The notes beneath the pieces were generated by a model that saw only the letters and a program-made list of their open reading frames with translations, did no database searches and was not told the DNA's origin. Both the position numbers and the translations under genes were made by a program. A DNA stretch of 64,000 bases from Patescibacteria group bacterium (lineage in GTDB: Bacteria; Patescibacteriota; Patescibacteriia; Buchananbacterales; UBA6539), in assembly GCA_041649675.1 (NCBI GenBank), contig JBAZMQ010000002.1, positions 65,920-129,919 of the forward strand, given 5' to 3'. Below are positions 22,801-31,399 of the stretch, in pieces (positions within the stretch are counted from its first letter, which is position 1; every line of letters begins with the position of its first letter).

Positions 22801-25800
22801 TCTGCCCATCGCCGCAGTTAGAACCTAGACCGGCAATAGCGCCACTTAGAGTGCAGATGGTGGTACAGCCCGTACCCTCAGTACCGTTTGACTTGCCTTC
22901 ATCACATTCCTCACCAACTTCTTTTGTACCATTGCCACAGACCGTAATTCCCTTTTGACTACCAGTTAATAAACAATCTGCACCACAGTAAGCGCCATCT
23001 GACGGGTCACATTCTTCACCCAAATCAATTTTGCCATTACCACATTTGGAAGAATCAACTGGAACATTTAAACAAATAGCGCTACAACCATCACCGCCAG
23101 TTAAATTAGCATCGTCACAATCCTCGCCGGTTTCAATAACCGCATTACCGCAAAGTTGACGCAAAGGAGTAACTAAATTAGCGGCCGTAACACCCGAGAC
23201 TACATCATGTATATCCCAATCCCAATCATAGAAATAAGGATTAAGCCTCTGGCCGTTGATTGGATCACATTCATCCTTGTTAGACCAAGGCTCACTGTAA
23301 TATTTAAGCCGCTCAACGCCAATCACGGTTTTAGTTGTCGGAATTACTGCCACCCGGCCAATCGTACATAAGCTGGAAGATTCCTGCGTCTTAAAAACCC
23401 AAGAATAAGCGTCAAACTTTTGATCATTATTTAAATCTAAATTCAAACCCCACCATGGCAACTTATCCGGACCCTTGCTGGAGACTTGGTCTTTAATTAT
23501 TACCCGATAATAAGTATTGGGCAGTAGCAACCCGCCTTCCAAAACACCATCTTCATTAATATCCGTTAAATTATAATTTGCTGGCAAGGTAATATCAAAC
23601 CTAACATCCGCTTCACCATTAACACCATTACCAGGAGTCACTGTAGCTCCGACTACCTTTTTAGCCGTAGCCATTTGACAATTAAAGTCAGCCCCACATT
23701 CATAAAGTAAAATATTGTCTGCAGCCGTAATTGTTGTTGGGTCAGTTGAAGTATTAAACTGTGCGCCCATAGCAGCATTCAAACAGGCCGTAGAACATTT
23801 AGGCCAACGATCAACTACGCCAAATGCACCGGGCGGAATTAGATTGCCAACCTGTAGTCGGCCTTGACCCAAAGGTCCTTTTGGCGGAATATTTTCTTTG
23901 ACCCAGCACTGCATGTAAGTTTCTCCATCCTTATTGAAAGTCTGAGCAATTTGATAAGCACCAACATAAGAAGCATTAACCGCATCCTGAACTGAACCAT
24001 TTTTTAAACAGCTGTTGGAACAACCGCTGCGCAAACAAATACCGGTTTTGGCGACACCATTGATTGGTGTACCATTGCCAACTGTACAGACTTGGTTATT
24101 AGTACAACCGGTATAATATGAATTGCCGCCAGCCATACAATAGCCATTAGTACAGAAGCCATCGGTGCTGCAAGCGCTGCCAACAGTACCGCACGGTGAA
24201 TTACCAACTGAGCAGACTCCGCTAAAGACGCTGCAGACTTGCCCCAAATCACAAAATGAACCAACACTATTACAATATTTAGGATTGCCATATTTATCCA
24301 AAATTGGAAAACCAGCCACGCTACACCAACCGCCATTATCGCATTCTTCACCAGTTTCTACTTGGTTATTGCCGCAAACTGAACCACTGGTAACATTGTT
24401 ACCAGTCACGGTATTTAACTGAACACATTTATAAGTTAAGCCGTAATTATTTTTGCAATAATCATCACTGGAACAATCAGAATCAGTTGGCAATTGGCCA
24501 AAAACAAATTTATTAGTGATTGAATCACGGCAAAAATTTAATCCCCGAGCCGTAAACTCAATTAGACAGCTGGCGCTACACCAATCACCATCACCACTTT
24601 CTGAGCCAATGATACAATCTTCCGGTTTAAAACAAATACTGGAATTATTAGTACAGTCCAAAGTATAATTACCAGCACAATGCCGATAAAGCAAAGACCC
24701 GGTATCACATTCCTCGCCTGGCTCTATCCGCCCATCACCGCAACCAGGCGAGCCAGCTGCCAAGCCAATATACATACATTTCGCGCCACAACCATCTTTT
24801 CCCGGCGGGTCACATTCTTCATTAGTTTCAACAATACCATTGCCACAAATTTTTAGATTATGATTAGTGTTGCCTTTCCATAAACAATTAGCGTTGCAAT
24901 AACTTTCAGCTAATCCGTTTAGAGCACCTTGGTCGCAGCTTTCACCAGTTTCCAAAATACCATTGCCACAAACATTGACTGTACCGCTAGCAACCTGATA
25001 ATAGCCAATTTCTAAATTATCAAAATAAACCGGACTATCTGAATCAAATCCGTAAAATCCGGCGTTGCCTTCAATTCGCGAATCAGTTTTATAAGTTAAA
25101 ATTTTATTATCATCAAAGTAACCATAAATTACTGCTCCTTTATCGCTGTTTAACACCTCAACTTTAATATCATGCCAATTGCCATCATTAGCTATCCGGC
25201 CAGGCGTTTTAATTACATAGCCTTGGGTATTATTATCCGGATTAGCCGCCTTAGAATTAGCAATGGCAAATTTCTGAAAATCAGTATTGGTGTCATAGCC
25301 AACATAAATCCATTCAAACACCCAGTAGCTATTAAAGTCTTTAGAACCAAAAATTAATCCGACATCATTTATAGCCGAAGGTTCAGGATCGCCAGCACCC
25401 CTGACTTGAGCAGTATTGACTTTAATTTTAGCTTTGACAATATAATGATCTTTATTAATGCTAAAACCATTTTTCATTAATCCTGATTTGCCGTTATTGC
25501 CATAAACATAAACTGCACCAGAAGAATTATAACCGCCATTAGTTATTGCTCCCCAAGGTGCTGGGCCAGTACACCATTCGCCATCACCCGTACAGGCAAT
25601 ACCAAAATTTTGGTAATCAGCATAAGCCGTACCGACAAAAGGATTATTGCTAGCCGTTTGATTAATATTAGCCTCAAAATTATCAAAATTTTCCGCCAAA
25701 ATAGCTTCGTAACCTTGCAAACCAGAAACCGAACCTTCCTTCAAACAAATACTGGAACAACCATCACCATTGACTAAGTTGCCATCGTCACATTGTTCAC

Positions 25801-28800
25801 CAGCTTCAATTACATTATTACCGCAACTGCCGCGCAATTTATTTGATAAAGTTTCTGGATTATTACGCGTCGGACAGTAAAATACCAAAGTACTGCTAGC
25901 ACTTATCAGGTTAGCAATTTCTTGACCAGTACAGAAAGGATGGTCATATTTGTTTGGAGTTAAATTAGTATCCCAATCCCAATTAAAACTATAAGAACTT
26001 AGCCGTTGGCCAAAGAGTGGGTCACAGATATCCGGCGCCGTCATTGGCTGGGCCGAATAATTAACTTTTTGTTGGTAATCAGTTTGCCAATCAGCTGGAT
26101 TAACATTAATCTTGTTTGGCAAACACATTCCATAAACACTCTGCGTTTTAAAAACCCAAGAATAAGAATCTTTCTTAGTATCATTATTAATATCAAAATT
26201 CAAACCAGCCAATGATTTATGTTCATCAGCACTCCGAACTGTTCCGTCAATTACTACCCGATAATAAGTATCCGGCAATAAACAATAATCAAATTTACCG
26301 TCACCATTGAAATCAAGGCAAGGTACATAGCCGGTATAAGTGTTATTTTTTTCAGCCGGATCAAGCATAACTGAAGGAGTGAAGCTATTAACCAAATTAG
26401 CAATATCAGCTGAGCAGTTGGGATCATCGTAGCAGATATATAGGCGCATGTGGTTATTATTGACGGCATAACCACCAGTGGTATCCATTGCCCGGCTAAA
26501 AGTGGCACCAATTTTGGCATTCAAGCAAGCCGCACCGCAATCCGGAAAACGATCAATAACATACGGCCGTGAAAAATCATTGGTTAATTCGCTGTGACCA
26601 CTCACACTGTAAGTGCCAGTTTCCGTAGTAAAATTGCAGGTTGAACTAGTGTAAGTAAACGGCGGCAAATCTTTGAAAGTATCAGCGTCAGCCGCGGCGT
26701 TAGCACAATTATCATTAGCATTAGTATCACAAGGATCAACAGGATTAGTTAATCCGTGTTTAGCACTTGGAACGATATAAGCCCGAATTCCGCCATCAGC
26801 CTCTTTTGGATTAGGGTCAGGATTGGTCCAAATATAAGCTGGCGTCGCATTACAGCTTTCATCGCGAATATCAGTACAAACAAAATCTAGCGGTGCGGGA
26901 TGAGCCGAATAAGTCTGGCGCTGATCATAAGCATACAAAGTTGAAGCCGCTGGATTAACATAAAGACAAGCCACCTGGCTTAAAGCAGTACTTTCCCTGG
27001 TCTTAAAAGCCCAAACATAATCACTACCCGATTCATTACCAGCTAATCTCATGCCATTTTCACCAAAAATCTTTGAAGCGGTTAAGCGCAAAGCAAACCA
27101 ATGATTGGCCGGCAATAAATCTTTAGGTTTAAGATAAATACAATTGGAATCGGTTTCCAAATGATCTTTATAATTACAATCTTCAATCGTAATTGTTGTC
27201 TGCACTTTTAAAGTACAATTAGCCTTATTAAACGGCTCAGTGCCTAAGCTACTTCTACTTCGAGAACCAATAGAGCAATCATATAAAGCAATGGTTGAAT
27301 TATTCAAAGAAGGTTTAAACATTTTTTGAGTAAATCGGGCGCTAACAATCACGTCAATCGGCACTGCCCCGTCGTCGGGTCTAACCGTACTCACCTTCCA
27401 ACCAGCAGCATCAGTTCCTGCCCGATTAAATGGTGACGGACTGGTAACAGCAAACGGGTTACAATTAGATGTCCGGTTACACATTTCTACTACTTGGGGC
27501 CCGGCATAAATAGTACTGAAATCCCACTTGTATGTTGATTCCGTTGGTAACCCAAGACTGGGCACGCAAAAACAGCTGCCCTTTGGATCACAGACATATC
27601 CACTGGGACACAGCCTATCGTCAGGATGGCAAGCCGGGTCAATTGGACTAGCGGCTCTGGCCGGATTATCACAACGAATTCCAGGATAGCAGTAACACGG
27701 CAACTTGCTGCTGTCATAGCCCGCGTCACCCGGATAGAGATTATAACAAGTATATTGAGTTAAATTATTACTGGTGCAAGCTTCCCCGCTCGGACAATCA
27801 GATTCGCAAGTGCCGCAGCCGTCTGGTAAAAATCCAATAGGACTGCAAGTGCCACAGCCAACCATTGGATTAGGGTCACCAATCAAACAACTTACATGGC
27901 TATTTGTACAAATACCCTTTAGACTGCAAGATATATTTTTCTTGTTGGAACAGTTCCCCCACCAACGGCGGCATAAACCTTTAGACTCACTACATTCTCC
28001 TAAGGTACACATGCTTTGATCGGGATTACAAATCGGATCGCCGGAATTATTGTCACAAGCAACTAATGTTTGACATTGACATTTAGTATTACAAAATTGA
28101 TCTAATTGACACTTAGTATTATCCGGCGCACAGCTTAAAGATTCACTACTGCATTGATAGCCAGTAAATTTACAAAAACAAGTTGTTTGGTCACAGATTT
28201 CATTGGTACCACATTTGGCATCGTCCGGATCGCAAATGCCTGCATCTTTACTACAAGGCCCGGGCTCTTGACCGGTTCTAAATGTCCAATTGTAAGTTGA
28301 CTGCGTGGGCAAACCAGTACCCGGTTGGCAGGTACAATTATTATTAGGATCACAGCGGTAATTGGCTGGACATAAAGTATCATCTGGATGACAAGCCGGA
28401 TTGCCCGGACTAGCAGGATTAGCCGGATTGTCACATAAAATTCCCGGATAGCAATAGCATGACTTCTTATGGCTATCATAACCAGGGTCACTGGGCTTAA
28501 AATTATAGCAATAAAAAGTCAAACCAATATCCTGGCAGGTTTCCGGACTCTCGCAATCCCCTTGGCAGGTTTGGCCCGCTGGACAGCTTGGTGTAGCTAA
28601 ATCACAAGGCGCACCAGTGCCCGAACAGTTACCCCAAAATTGTCGGCAAATTTTTCCTGAGGTGCTGCACCGGCCCAAACTGCACATATTTTGATTCGGG
28701 CTGCAGAGAGGATCACCAATTTGATTATCGCAAGCAATTAATTTTTCGCACTTGCATTGGCTGTCGCAAAATTCATCAGTGGCACATTGAGCATTATCCG

Positions 28801-31378
28801 GATCGCAAGTTTGTTGGCTTAAATCTCTAGTGCAAGCAAAATTAGTCAATTTTTCACATTGACAAGTAACCTTATTACATTCATACCCTTGATCACAAAG
28901 CTGATCACTTGGGTTACAAACTCCGGCATCAATACTGCAAGGCCCTGGATTAGTACCGGTTTTGAATGTCCAATTATAAGTTGATTCAGCTGACAAATTA
29001 CCGTTACCAGCCTGACAGGTACAATTACTAGCCGAATCACAAAAATAATCGCTGGGACAACTGCCTGGTTCGCAAACTGGAGTTGTTGTATCAGCATCAC
29101 AACCATTGGCCGGATAACAATAGCAGTCATTTTTTAAAGGATCAGCGGTTTGGTGTACCGAATCATAACAATAATAACCAGGTCCGCAACTACTTTGGGT
29201 TGGATTACATTGGTTATCAGAAAAATTGTTGTTATCACAAGAGACTAAAGTCTCACATTTGCATTGATTATTGCACCATCGGCCAGAACCGCAATTCTGA
29301 GTTGGTACGCAAGTCGAAATTTCACTGCTACAATCAAAGGCTGAACCTTCAGTGCCAGACTCAACTTTAAAGGTTTTAGGATTACTGTATTCTGTACCGA
29401 CTTTAACCCGGACACCGACATCAGCTGGATTTATTTGCGGTACGCTAATACCGGTAATCCCAGTTTCACCGGTAAAATTCGGCGTGCCACCAGATAAAAC
29501 CGCGCCAAAATAAACTTGAGTCGTAGCTGCAGGATAAAATCGAATGCCTGCCAAAGCAACTAAGGCACCAACTTTACCGTTGACTGGATTGATGCTACAA
29601 AGTCCGGGTCGGACAATATTATTAATTTTAAAATCATCAATTATTGAACCACGACTATCATTAGTCTGGTCTGATAAACCATTTAAAGACGCTTTTCTTG
29701 TAACTTTAATCGGGCCTTTAGCGGCTTGGTTTGGTACGACCACAACAATTTCATTATCAGTCCAAGAGTTGTTACAATTAGCGTTGACTTCGCTAGCTAA
29801 ATTTGCCAAAACTGTTGGATTGCCGGCACTGTCAGAAAAATAAACTTGACCAAATTGATCGCCAAAATATCTCCCGCCAATCGTGATAATATTGCCAACT
29901 GCTCCATCGCCTGGTGAGACCCAATCAATAATCGGCACATCTTGGCAAGTACAATTAACTATATCGGCAAAACAAACCCGGTTGTCAGCGCAAACTCCAG
30001 GCTGACAAAGCGGTTCGTCTGAAGTATCACAATTTTCACCGGCGCCCGGCAAACGGCATTTACAAGTTGTATTGTCACATTGCAGACCAGGTTGGCAAAG
30101 ACCTTTGACCGGATCGCAAGTTGGTTGAGTACCGGAATCACAAGACTCACCAACGGCAGCCAAACAAGCACTGGCGTCACGGCAACTAAAGCCTTTGCAG
30201 CAAACTGAAGGACAATCACTGTTTTGCTGGCAAGAAATAGCAAACCAAATTTTATTACTTTCCTGGTTGGCCGCATCTTTAACGCTGACATAACCGGAAA
30301 CTGCCGCTTGAGGCACTTGAGGTGAACTAATTAAAGTATCGGCCCAAGAGGCATAAATATTTGCTGCTTTATTTTTAGCAAAGAATAAACCATCAGTATT
30401 TTCGGAAGTAGTAGCCGGGTCAGCCCCAAATCTAATCCCTTCAGCTTTAACCAAGTCCTGATTATTAATGCCGCTGCCAGGAACAATGCAAGCCAAGGCT
30501 GGTTTAGAAACATCGGCTAAAACAATTGTAAACGGCAAAGCAGAGCTAGTCTGGCTAGTTACCCCATTGACCACACTGACATCCCAAATCTGTAAATTAA
30601 TATTTGGTACTTGAATCCGGGTCAAACTATAATTGTCTGCTCGCTCAGCCCAAACCGGGCTGCCGCTGCATTGAACAATTTCAGCATCATTACCACCAAA
30701 TTTAACCTTACTGACACCGGCCACATAATTACCAAAATACCAACCTTCAATCGTTACATAATCGCCAGGGGCACCTTGAGGCATGCCGCCCAGACCCGAT
30801 CCCCGAGTCGCTTCAATCTTACAAATCTTTGGTGTTGGGGTTGAAGGTTTGGGACAAGTTAATTCAGGAATAGCACAATAAATTTCATCGCCACATTCAG
30901 TGGCCGTATATTCTGTACCAGTGCCTTGGGCATTACATTTACTATGACAGCTAGTACAAACATTAGGCGTACAACCGCTGCTAGTGCCATAGTTAGCACC
31001 AGTGGCTTTAATCAAATTATTAATAATAAAACTGGTAATCATAAAAGCCGAGAAGATGATTACCAGCCCGATTACTGCATTAACTAAAATTTTCTTAGCG
31101 GTGCTAATTTTTTCAACGTTACCGCCAGCCGTCATCCAAGTATAACCACCGTAAATTATAATCAGTAAAGAAATCACGCCTAAAAATCCCAAAACGACCC
31201 GAATAATTGACATCACAGTAACTCGCAAATCTTGAGTCCCCAAACCACTTAACGCCCCATAATTTATGCCCGTATCCAAAGCCAAAGCTACTTGAGAAAT
31301 CAAAAAGCTGCCAATCAGAATACCAAACAGGATTGGTAGAATTAACTTTTTGTTTTTAATTTTTTGATAAACCATCAA
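10814..31378 (-). CDS. Giant 6854-aa Cys-rich multidomain surface protein with N-terminal T4SS/VirB2-like pilin module
   Basis: Uninterrupted 20.5-kb ORF. Signal peptide plus pilin hairpin (YGGYTWMTAGGN...AKKIL.NA.IG); IPT/TIG, Big_5-like, Myxococcus Cys-rich (CGN..E.GE.CDDG), CBM-like, TSP3, VWA-like and DCDD...DNDCNG motifs. Confidence 0.9.
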   Translation of the reverse strand: MMVYQKIKNKKLILPILFGILIGSFLISQVALALDTGINYGALSGLGTQDLRVTVMSIIRVVLGFLGVISLLIIIYGGYTWMTAGGNVEKISTAKKILVNAVIGLVIIFSAFMITSFIINNLIKATGANYGTSSGCTPNVCTSCHSKCNAQGTGTEYTATECGDEIYCAIPELTCPKPSTPTPKICKIEATRGSGLGGMPQGAPGDYVTIEGWYFGNYVAGVSKVKFGGNDAEIVQCSGSPVWAERADNYSLTRIQVPNINLQIWDVSVVNGVTSQTSSALPFTIVLADVSKPALACIVPGSGINNQDLVKAEGIRFGADPATTSENTDGLFFAKNKAANIYASWADTLISSPQVPQAAVSGYVSVKDAANQESNKIWFAISCQQNSDCPSVCCKGFSCRDASACLAAVGESCDSGTQPTCDPVKGLCQPGLQCDNTTCKCRLPGAGENCDTSDEPLCQPGVCADNRVCFADIVNCTCQDVPIIDWVSPGDGAVGNIITIGGRYFGDQFGQVYFSDSAGNPTVLANLASEVNANCNNSWTDNEIVVVVPNQAAKGPIKVTRKASLNGLSDQTNDSRGSIIDDFKINNIVRPGLCSINPVNGKVGALVALAGIRFYPAATTQVYFGAVLSGGTPNFTGETGITGISVPQINPADVGVRVKVGTEYSNPKTFKVESGTEGSAFDCSSEISTCVPTQNCGSGRWCNNQCKCETLVSCDNNNFSDNQCNPTQSSCGPGYYCYDSVHQTADPLKNDCYCYPANGCDADTTTPVCEPGSCPSDYFCDSASNCTCQAGNGNLSAESTYNWTFKTGTNPGPCSIDAGVCNPSDQLCDQGYECNKVTCQCEKLTNFACTRDLSQQTCDPDNAQCATDEFCDSQCKCEKLIACDNQIGDPLCSPNQNMCSLGRCSTSGKICRQFWGNCSGTGAPCDLATPSCPAGQTCQGDCESPETCQDIGLTFYCYNFKPSDPGYDSHKKSCYCYPGILCDNPANPASPGNPACHPDDTLCPANYRCDPNNNCTCQPGTGLPTQSTYNWTFRTGQEPGPCSKDAGICDPDDAKCGTNEICDQTTCFCKFTGYQCSSESLSCAPDNTKCQLDQFCNTKCQCQTLVACDNNSGDPICNPDQSMCTLGECSESKGLCRRWWGNCSNKKNISCSLKGICTNSHVSCLIGDPNPMVGCGTCSPIGFLPDGCGTCESDCPSGEACTSNNLTQYTCYNLYPGDAGYDSSKLPCYCYPGIRCDNPARAASPIDPACHPDDRLCPSGYVCDPKGSCFCVPSLGLPTESTYKWDFSTIYAGPQVVEMCNRTSNCNPFAVTSPSPFNRAGTDAAGWKVSTVRPDDGAVPIDVIVSARFTQKMFKPSLNNSTIALYDCSIGSRSRSSLGTEPFNKANCTLKVQTTITIEDCNYKDHLETDSNCIYLKPKDLLPANHWFALRLTASKIFGENGMRLAGNESGSDYVWAFKTRESTALSQVACLYVNPAASTLYAYDQRQTYSAHPAPLDFVCTDIRDESCNATPAYIWTNPDPNPKEADGGIRAYIVPSAKHGLTNPVDPCDTNANDNCANAAADADTFKDLPPFTYTSSTCNFTTETGTYSVSGHSELTNDFSRPYVIDRFPDCGAACLNAKIGATFSRAMDTTGGYAVNNNHMRLYICYDDPNCSADIANLVNSFTPSVMLDPAEKNNTYTGYVPCLDFNGDGKFDYCLLPDTYYRVVIDGTVRSADEHKSLAGLNFDINNDTKKDSYSWVFKTQSVYGMCLPNKINVNPADWQTDYQQKVNYSAQPMTAPDICDPLFGQRLSSYSFNWDWDTNLTPNKYDHPFCTGQEIANLISASSTLVFYCPTRNNPETLSNKLRGSCGNNVIEAGEQCDDGNLVNGDGCSSICLKEGSVSGLQGYEAILAENFDNFEANINQTASNNPFVGTAYADYQNFGIACTGDGEWCTGPAPWGAITNGGYNSSGAVYVYGNNGKSGLMKNGFSINKDHYIVKAKIKVNTAQVRGAGDPEPSAINDVGLIFGSKDFNSYWVFEWIYVGYDTNTDFQKFAIANSKAANPDNNTQGYVIKTPGRIANDGNWHDIKVEVLNSDKGAVIYGYFDDNKILTYKTDSRIEGNAGFYGFDSDSPVYFDNLEIGYYQVASGTVNVCGNGILETGESCDQGALNGLAESYCNANCLWKGNTNHNLKICGNGIVETNEECDPPGKDGCGAKCMYIGLAAGSPGCGDGRIEPGEECDTGSLLYRHCAGNYTLDCTNNSSICFKPEDCIIGSESGDGDWCSASCLIEFTARGLNFCRDSITNKFVFGQLPTDSDCSSDDYCKNNYGLTYKCVQLNTVTGNNVTSGSVCGNNQVETGEECDNGGWCSVAGFPILDKYGNPKYCNSVGSFCDLGQVCSVFSGVCSVGNSPCGTVGSACSTDGFCTNGYCMAGGNSYYTGCTNNQVCTVGNGTPINGVAKTGICLRSGCSNSCLKNGSVQDAVNASYVGAYQIAQTFNKDGETYMQCWVKENIPPKGPLGQGRLQVGNLIPPGAFGVVDRWPKCSTACLNAAMGAQFNTSTDPTTITAADNILLYECGADFNCQMATAKKVVGATVTPGNGVNGEADVRFDITLPANYNLTDINEDGVLEGGLLLPNTYYRVIIKDQVSSKGPDKLPWWGLNLDLNNDQKFDAYSWVFKTQESSSLCTIGRVAVIPTTKTVIGVERLKYYSEPWSNKDECDPINGQRLNPYFYDWDWDIHDVVSGVTAANLVTPLRQLCGNAVIETGEDCDDANLTGGDGCSAICLNVPVDSSKCGNGKIDLGEECDPSDGAYCGADCLLTGSQKGITVCGNGTKEVGEECDEGKSNGTEGTGCTTICTLSGAIAGLGSNCGDGQITKGEACDTGEKSQGKIPMTGDVGNCTGVYQGPDLTNDLVNHPCSTFNTKEDCEKIDLSNPSNNQLMWCYWTGSNCRVRPCLLETGRANGSGNSGQSVCGNGSTEKGEECDDGGWCQDINNQWTNCTAKDTSACKSGSDCTPYNGYCAKTDPELGAIPCDSNLDCITGSLGDCVLDGCSNMCLHSGSVQNGNRVGPHQLVQTLNFFSVSQEVKEEIRAWHKLQKDIVGVGELTVIGQASVPFEIVGQQPPHDPNFNSLQCRNAVIYTVFTHELNLDTIKGSCQKSYACASSPAVNCTGHDASGNSVPDNTKCSKSDCSSQSCWQAAGCFEKNDVCKFDNLILKKCGLGRSYGNCQNDPAVSENQISSLSYKKLSGNCNANSQCEFKVAGRTYTAANSECKYDTSCMGSEILVNGLVSNVLDANSSYQLFVKADEGGVLSRTGDSLTKKVCQAESDLYCTTWNFATYGDFCHCDYIGVTIDSSSGGTETTNDYFTCAGNDCGANTITKLDDDVAPDYICAAGIRAGLVCSKLETASKDCPNTEAATTFDACVANSSDYYQPTAGNQHAYQAICYDINNPSGIRIPLSSFGTSFSWLGIDPSNLIYLTNPFPGLCSLDDSFACLSDSECISAGKGTCLPNTSNDIYYVTPGQDPGTPKGKNGDSAVNVLALERTCGNTSLFCAESHNCQPGIECRAKVANSQIVNVTNFICDNPWPDIANFPYQDNASNFRMPNTNFKMYYCRDFGESGFSDDLPPLSLSPIILGKNDPIKSLKEFIFPIGDQDINSTKVVVASKNGQEYDPVKTACFCNNINGSTSACTSNLPINIGTTDSLCCGWYEGIADTYQCSAAGSRFASLWEQNKGTAAWVYKFDSVADGNYRLNVTSHNNRDFSIYSYCDANNDGMLSVGENTACDPGTCPTGVSCLHGVTHVFQIYIDGVLAGKISNLATENNTSGELALGHLASGNHEIRIRWVNDWGDWNHKDGDGNNDPLDSNTLISRVNLIKLEGDINSSSDALGIKVLPNPLHLSPMTWYKSGLCGGNANINNLCFNDADCSQTNLFNNGDFEDGTAGAEIGHCINGVKTINNSNVHDWLIHCSVGSSYPEDRDLNAKLEYKTEAARSGNLGTRLTIINQSTPKKGWGAELIGSPGEVRNLAPGNYAVSAYVRSAQQVILTAVVTSGATYPMICSNANCSFGSRGGGVCSTLLKADKWEKVTCNFSLKETTNVSFAVIGKNETGSVVDIDDLSLTSTCQMNLPTKGAPKAFTIDGYQAVLDGRTAYIGAPNLTIDSAGNDFLYSNIYLISHSQNATGPIKEIFNRILDSTGQSGALSFNANFNNYRMCSDIGYYDGTNILCGSQDVLPYTALGNSQFDYCNTLVAPVTCQSNDGIKHGCYWSNEINACLAKVCSPIYCNNNFDCPNLNCLANKEKVVRDAQRYGDLRDIQLSLGTYLKTKGIYPLLSGGTYIASTTFSVWPSWNQTFAKELGGNLFTDPLNYFGSCGDFYCDFNGNGTIDNSETFGQIYTYDKNLSWKNISVGSDAGFMATAGRPQVGYFDPLHDNKTILWYGSKVYAFTGDSWASGALLTDYFPDPAFKPVVGFYHAFDQTVSGSGQTTPGRIVLFDENGEEYIYPNVNNPTDHTSWQHVDRTNADQSLGLPVDFKPVVGYYTQFGAMIVGAHVIGQIHLWDKDGKLCIYPTLASAEGTKLIFKCFGPGETLPAAFKPTMGFYHPLGGIVTGADTEGRNVIGDKDGNMYIYPENSNGQLVWGYHEAGTLGYPKEFIPTIGFYNYKFNDDTGKEYLFGSSGECRPGVVSNCGNNPGICLPKDADKQLTCWDNVAKQYSCPAEMSVYAYKSASEGALYGLYTNFEYTGQGTWRSLPISHCLIGTTDTGKVCQSQADCATGQTCASVLPNFYELPVACNRLNFEIHQATIGGGVSTPDCNGVKRCYGGTNDPAFDDCTDGDILACPDHGPGTFCSGDADNDGSCDYLNSTTSFDNCNPATACPIKPVDCYNPDQKNSNGDSLGDICDLTCSGDADNDGACDNGDNADNCPTVYNPDQRDSDGDGYGNACDPCTDIDGDRYWDVNTGVNDPTICPKDNCSPYLNGWCQNASGQRNGQRCHQNNDCDSTYSNCTVPFNGNGVSNDRRGYCTFNGNYPVAIACTSNYQATCPSGQTCCPSNKPTCKQFTDNTYKYYNPFQEDYDGSQVGYICNDCIDFDRDSFGDYTFYTKATVSNPAANLNSDQKEHFAGCQVSKNSFSEGDLDNCPGGVGGATCLDKFGIEISCYNPDQTDSNGNWQGNICDLCGNKKIDSGEVCDCGVTQPYGAPPVNPFACSTANNAACTVGTSYGAECSWCNNCSETKVVHAPEYCGNGIIEAANEACDCGDSAANMSLANSQQGYKCERTQEACDPSDINSCSGDPTKCKLPCETINGVQPTDSYSGTNMHRWCDNCRVMEDWPVGGGCGDGILQTDYRCDDKVTACDPNKAEACNSNPSKCTNQLEECDPPNALTCDLNCKKIRYCPPFYTVEATNPDILTFNYGSSSGTFAIPACQVGDKIDFNVAISGHSTTDDISIVYVTDLSAIMGINFPVFKVALQFSANQFLAEPKINQYLRIGLAHYRADMNGDIGDDSLRWLCQSERICSNHDCNENNTNRWVGKDTNGESVTTNECRNNPGDPSTAGITPSGVIETAIGTYNYLNAGPPPINLGIITGTNILNGMPNPNTATKVMILVMAGDPSNAAATAAKAAATAAKNQGVEIYTLGLGNGVDYNLLDGLSSNCKTGSDCGGPCDGSGYCLYSDNALDFYNRITTKIIDNLTNPIRVKFKSGLNTLGEYQYSTGAYSSTVNLAVPSFVCTANSQNIDVSVEGIKQNAGTTVTIKDLSLSYCPFSAVAAPVCHGQEAGGGWACALPGACSPGNCGEVNVVCINSNTGEACQKPKPCIGTHGDGCCSVGENFSNEIKCNLKYEDTFALKVLDNSVNNWLKADDIEVNCMSTMLDCWIGTVPLFLHGSSDQREVFQFVGIDLVHGEVTAGNHACMRTAGTQYGYDTIYIRGKDDLLCGLSAETEGTPYMHVRENNCDVTDNSWEKWELLDSNGVNSGITFKCGDIVTFKLTSTGKYAYMALGDPAWYNICSWQEDSNVVRVDSDGPAGGWGQFVITGPDGTCPAGSVNKGLTIICGNNKCEYNESASNCCKDCGCLAGKDCINNRCIDQSTQTVTYYTDTDNDNYYSTQASTCSQVAGQPDCRGTKYSDRAGNDCDDNDVGIHPTVLEVCNDGKDNDCNGYADCDDFVCAGKPTVGGAICCWESASGSGQKNDNYCSACYRCGLSGANIHYCEVQPNAPDGNKCAGQCTLCSAGSCVNRTAAIGLEDECSQPCQACADGAGGSCIAAHNGSLDTVSPALCGPTPAFCNGGICNTTATCTSGQKQNCANQQGVCAGSQETCNTAGQWLGCDYTTIPTYHISETGYCSDSLDNNCNGKVDGADADCWACNPGTKRNCANQQGVCAGSQETCNTAGQWPGCDYTTIPTYHISETGYCSDSLDNNCDGKADCADSSCVGKQSGSALCCQTANDCLAGIPGNCAIASCSSNICNYSASAVACLGNCSQCNATTLNCEASALSCSGCGTCQGAGTSFSCQANNNYCSVVCSECSLAGTSGTCVAINGYKEDKNGSNQCYGTTGCTGGSCICQDINQCISGSDTDGDGLVDITDPCPYDSSNDLDNDGICALGCSHISNVGSTCTIDTAKGKTSCYSNGYICVGGLTSDVVYDTCLGGAEGSCDSSNSCLLLFGADDYLNIYLNGNLLTGNLFLPNGYKQKGEIIGSSGQGSDSAYTFPYSSGKGTKIYFKPSGFSLNTGTNANVLAFEAYTTAVNRQIRGIFANYAGTDVCSVFGTVPKWSESYSHVGAVSSLPSQCYTINDGDLALPATDWKLVSFVPGASWQNSKDGNANTGSAVSSLYSAFASQHPWPVWGDPKVNGGSNYTSSSHTYCKKLFTWP
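12160..12520. repeat. Near-identical ~150-nt direct repeat (207-nt period) inside the giant gene
   Basis: ctaaactgtctgaacaatatccggtttcagaaatatg... at 12181 and 12388; encodes CANQQGVCAGSQETCNTAGQW.GCDYTTIPTYHISETGYCSDSLDNNC twice. Confidence 0.9.
14546..14587. repeat. Perfect 21-nt tandem duplication (AAATAAK x2) in the VWA-like domain
   Basis: tttggccgctgtcgctgccgc twice. Confidence 0.85.
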
Positions 31379-31399
31379 ATATATTTTGGTTAATCAAGA